Shown here: in pieces, positions 61,617 through 64,000 of the stretch
How the letters are laid out: each line of letters opens with the position of its first letter
How positions within the stretch are numbered: the first letter of the stretch is position 1
From: Minisyncoccota bacterium
GTDB taxonomy: Bacteria > Patescibacteriota > Minisyncoccia > Phycocordibacterales > UBA9973
Assembly: GCA_031291825.1 (NCBI GenBank)
Contig: JARLIG010000008.1
Span: 5,674-69,673, forward strand
Length of the DNA: 64,000 bases
Reading direction: 5' to 3'
The notes under the pieces: model-generated
Told to the model about the DNA's origin: nothing
Database searches by the model: none
The model's input: only the letters and a program-made list of their open reading frames with translations
Made by a program: the position numbers and the translations under genes

Positions 61617-62621
61617 ATGAATAGGGTATTAGCTAAAAAACAAAGCTTAGGTCAGTTTTTCACAACAAATGATTTTTGGCTCAAAGATCATGTCTTGAAA
61701 TTTATAAAATCTACAAAAGCTGAGATTGCTTTTGACCCTTTTGCTGGTGATGGTGATTTATTAAGAGTAGCAAAAAAAATTGGTTTTAAAAAAATAAAAG
61801 GATTAGATATAGATAAAAATCTGAAGTGGGAATACAATGATAGCCTTTTGAGTATTCCAAAAATAAAAAAATCAATTATCATCACTAATCCACCGTATTT
61901 AACCAACTACAGCGCCAAGAGGAAGGGAGTTTACGAGGATGTTAAGAAATATTTTGATATTTGTAATTATGATGATATATACCAACTAGCCATTGAAAAA
62001 TGTCTAGAGAATGAATTTGGAGTAATGATTATTCCAGAAACTTTTATAAATTCAAAATTTCCAAAACATCGCTTAGTAAGTATTACAATAATTGAAGAGC
62101 AACTATTTAATGACACAGAAAATCCTGTTTGTGTCATATGTTTCAATGGCGAAGAGAAAAATTACGAAGATGTAAAAGTTTACAAAAATGAGAAATTTCT
62201 TGGAAGCCTGGGTTTTTTTGAAAAAATGAGAAAGATACCAAGCAAGAATACTTACGTAAAATTTAATTCTCTAAAAGGACAAATTGCCTTAAGAGCAGTA
62301 GATACAACAAATCCCCAAAGACCTATTTCTTTTATGAAACCAGAAGAAATGGACTATGATCTGACAACTATTAAACATAGTTCAAGATTGATTACACTAA
62401 TTGAATTAAATGCCACAAAAGATACAATAGATAAAATAATTATTTATAGCAATAAAGCACTTTTTGATTTTAGAAAAAAGACATCAGATGTTTTACTGTC
62501 TCCGTTTAAGGGGAATAAGAAAAATGGTGAAAGGAGAAGGAGGCTTGATTATTTGACAGCAAGAGCAATCTTAGAAGAAGCACATGATTTTACTCAAACA
62601 GGTAAATTATTTCCTTTGTAA
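61617..62621 (+). CDS. Type II N6-adenine DNA methyltransferase (gamma-class amino-methyltransferase)
   Basis: Motif X-like LGQFFTT, motif I DPFAGDGDLL, and motif IV ITNPPY. Confidence 0.8.
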   Translation: MNRVLAKKQSLGQFFTTNDFWLKDHVLKFIKSTKAEIAFDPFAGDGDLLRVAKKIGFKKIKGLDIDKNLKWEYNDSLLSIPKIKKSIIITNPPYLTNYSAKRKGVYEDVKKYFDICNYDDIYQLAIEKCLENEFGVMIIPETFINSKFPKHRLVSITIIEEQLFNDTENPVCVICFNGEEKNYEDVKVYKNEKFLGSLGFFEKMRKIPSKNTYVKFNSLKGQIALRAVDTTNPQRPISFMKPEEMDYDLTTIKHSSRLITLIELNATKDTIDKIIIYSNKALFDFRKKTSDVLLSPFKGNKKNGERRRRLDYLTARAILEEAHDFTQTGKLFPL

Positions 62622-62624
62622 AAA

Positions 62625-63599
62625 ATGAAAAACAATTTAGAATTATTTGAATACTCGCTTAAGAAACCTGAGCCTCTTATTGATGAAGCCTATGTTAAAT
62701 CACAGGATTTAGTTATTTCTGTTAATGATAAAAAACCAAATAGTTTAATGAAAAGCAATTTGGAGTTGCTAGAAAATATTTCTGCCTACAAAATTTCTCA
62801 AAAATCAAAAAATTTGAAAATGCTCAAACAAATAATTGATAATATTAGGTCATGTTTAAATACACCAAATATTAATTACTCAGAATTTTCAAGTTTTTGG
62901 TCTGTCACAGATGTATCTTACAGTTCATATAAGAAATTATCGGAAAACGAACAGATACATTTTCTTGAGGAAGTTATAAAAAAATATATAGAACACAGAC
63001 ATGGTATGTATTTGGGTTATGGTTATACACCTGTGACATTACAAGTAAGCAAGGATGCGAAAGCGCACAAACAGAGTGGTCCTCTTGGTGTAAAAAAAGT
63101 AGGATCAATTTTAAGAACACACGGTTTTAAACCACTTGAAGGATTAAATTTAAAGAATTTTTTATCACAAAATCTTGTTTACATTGATACAGATAAAACT
63201 GGTAAAAAACTATTTAAAGAAATTATTAAAGAAAATAATTTAAATTTTAAATGGGGTAAAAAATCAGACAATAAGATGCCAGACGTTTTGTTTAAATATA
63301 AGGGAAATCTGTTTATTGTTGAACACAAACACATGAAAGAAGGGGGTGGTGGACAAAACAAACAAGTAAACGAAGTTATTCAATTCATAAATTATTCAGA
63401 GAATAATTCAAAAATTAAAGTGCACTATGTAACATTTATGGATGGTAGATATTTCAATATGTTCAGTGATAAAAGTTTCAGAGAAAAAAGTAAAATTCCT
63501 ACTCAGGTAGCTAATATAAAAAATGCTTTGAAAAATAATCCGAATAATTATTTTGTTAACACGGATGGTTTTAAAGAACTATTAAAAAGTATAATATAA
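62625..63599 (+). CDS. Putative type II restriction endonuclease (PD-(D/E)xK), partner of the upstream methyltransferase
   Basis: MPDVLFKYKGNLFIVEHK provides a PD...(E)xK catalytic arrangement. It starts 4 nt after the methyltransferase stop. Confidence 0.55.
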   Translation: MKNNLELFEYSLKKPEPLIDEAYVKSQDLVISVNDKKPNSLMKSNLELLENISAYKISQKSKNLKMLKQIIDNIRSCLNTPNINYSEFSSFWSVTDVSYSSYKKLSENEQIHFLEEVIKKYIEHRHGMYLGYGYTPVTLQVSKDAKAHKQSGPLGVKKVGSILRTHGFKPLEGLNLKNFLSQNLVYIDTDKTGKKLFKEIIKENNLNFKWGKKSDNKMPDVLFKYKGNLFIVEHKHMKEGGGGQNKQVNEVIQFINYSENNSKIKVHYVTFMDGRYFNMFSDKSFREKSKIPTQVANIKNALKNNPNNYFVNTDGFKELLKSII

Positions 63600-63606
63600 T
63601 AAATTA

Positions 63607-63777
63607 CATGTTAGCTAAATTATTTACAAAAGATAATAAAAAAGATTCAGAATTCTCTAAGTTTATCAGAGAAGCTTCTTCGAGTAAGAAGAAGAAAGTT
63701 TTCATGGATGTTTTAAAAAGGGCAACCGAAGATCAAAGAAAAATTCTAAATGAACCAATAACAACAAAAACCGCATA
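63607..63777 (+). CDS. Small hypothetical protein (56 aa)
   Basis: MLAKLFTKDNKKDSEFSKFIREASSSKKKKVFMDVLKRATEDQRKILNEPITTKTA, with a terminator overlapping the stop. Confidence 0.3.
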
Positions 63778-63796
63778 ACAGCGGTTTTTGTTTTTC
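63766..63796 (+). terminator. Rho-independent terminator
   Basis: AAAAACCGC ataaca GCGGTTTTT followed by GTTTTT. Confidence 0.7.
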
Positions 63797-63815
63797 ATCT
63801 ATGTTATAATCCTCC

Positions 63816-64000
63816 CATGATTACCAAAGAACAATACATAGAGAGTTTAGTGAAGGAGATTGAGATTATTAAACATTTAGCAGGGAAGATTGATGCGAGT
63901 AAGTTGGATTATCGGCCAACAGAGAAACAGCGAACCACGCTGGAGCTTTTGCAATACTTGGGGCAGTTTGCGCACACAGGCATCAGTGCATACATTGCAG
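63816..64000 (+). CDS. DinB/YfiT-like family protein (partial, runs off the window)
   Basis: MITKEQYIESLVKEIEIIKHLAGKIDASKLDYRPTEKQRTTLELLQYLG. The N-terminal pattern is typical of DinB_2-like four-helix-bundle proteins. Confidence 0.4.

Noticed and set aside
1-64000. Transposases, integrases, phage structural genes and rRNA operons
   Set aside because: No ORF shows DDE, tyrosine-recombinase, serine-recombinase, terminase or capsid motifs. No rRNA-like conserved stretches were seen.

Overview
This is a low-GC (~35%) genome segment with small, tightly packed genes, many secreted or membrane-anchored low-complexity surface proteins, and a reduced gene set. That pattern is typical of a Candidate Phyla Radiation / Patescibacteria-like bacterium; this is inferred from composition and gene content alone, since no rRNA is present. 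All domain and family assignments were made by eye from the translated sequence, with no HMM or database searches.

Recognisable core genes:
- prfB-ftsE-ftsX-pyrG cluster
- ECF-type sigma factor
- ABC exporter
- MltG, RarA
- a short-form oxidative pentose-phosphate operon (pgl-gnd-zwf)
- a MarR + tandem HlyD-like + DHA2 MFS efflux operon
- DgkA, a DsbA/DsbB-like pair, GuaA, an AlkD-like alkylation repair protein
- HtrA, RNase J, an OppA-like binding protein, SecG, deoxyhypusine synthase, an S53 peptidase
- a type II restriction-modification pair at the 3' end
- two tRNA-Thr genes and one tRNA-Gln gene

The four most notable observations:
- A 48-bp perfectly palindromic repeat family (paired CCAGACGT-arm hairpin units around an AAGCTT centre) is present in at least five places. 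One copy sits exactly in-frame inside guaA and another in the N-terminal region of RNase J. This resembles the in-frame insertions made by Rickettsia palindromic elements.
- A candidate cobalamin riboswitch lies on the minus strand directly upstream of two adjacent DUF4430 surface proteins. The larger one also carries a prenyltransferase/terpene-cyclase-like alpha/alpha toroid. Together these two domains form the domain set of transcobalamin/intrinsic factor, so this may be a riboswitch-controlled B12 capture locus.
- Several short GC-rich islets (up to ~58% G+C in a 60-bp stretch) encode small unknown proteins with strong Shine-Dalgarno sites and clean hairpin terminators. They look horizontally acquired.
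- A paralogous family of cell-surface proteins shares C-terminal peptidoglycan-binding domains, a Cys-bracketed GxS..TGQ.C repeat, and in some members an SPQGGGGGQLY motif.

No CRISPR array, transposase or integrase was found.
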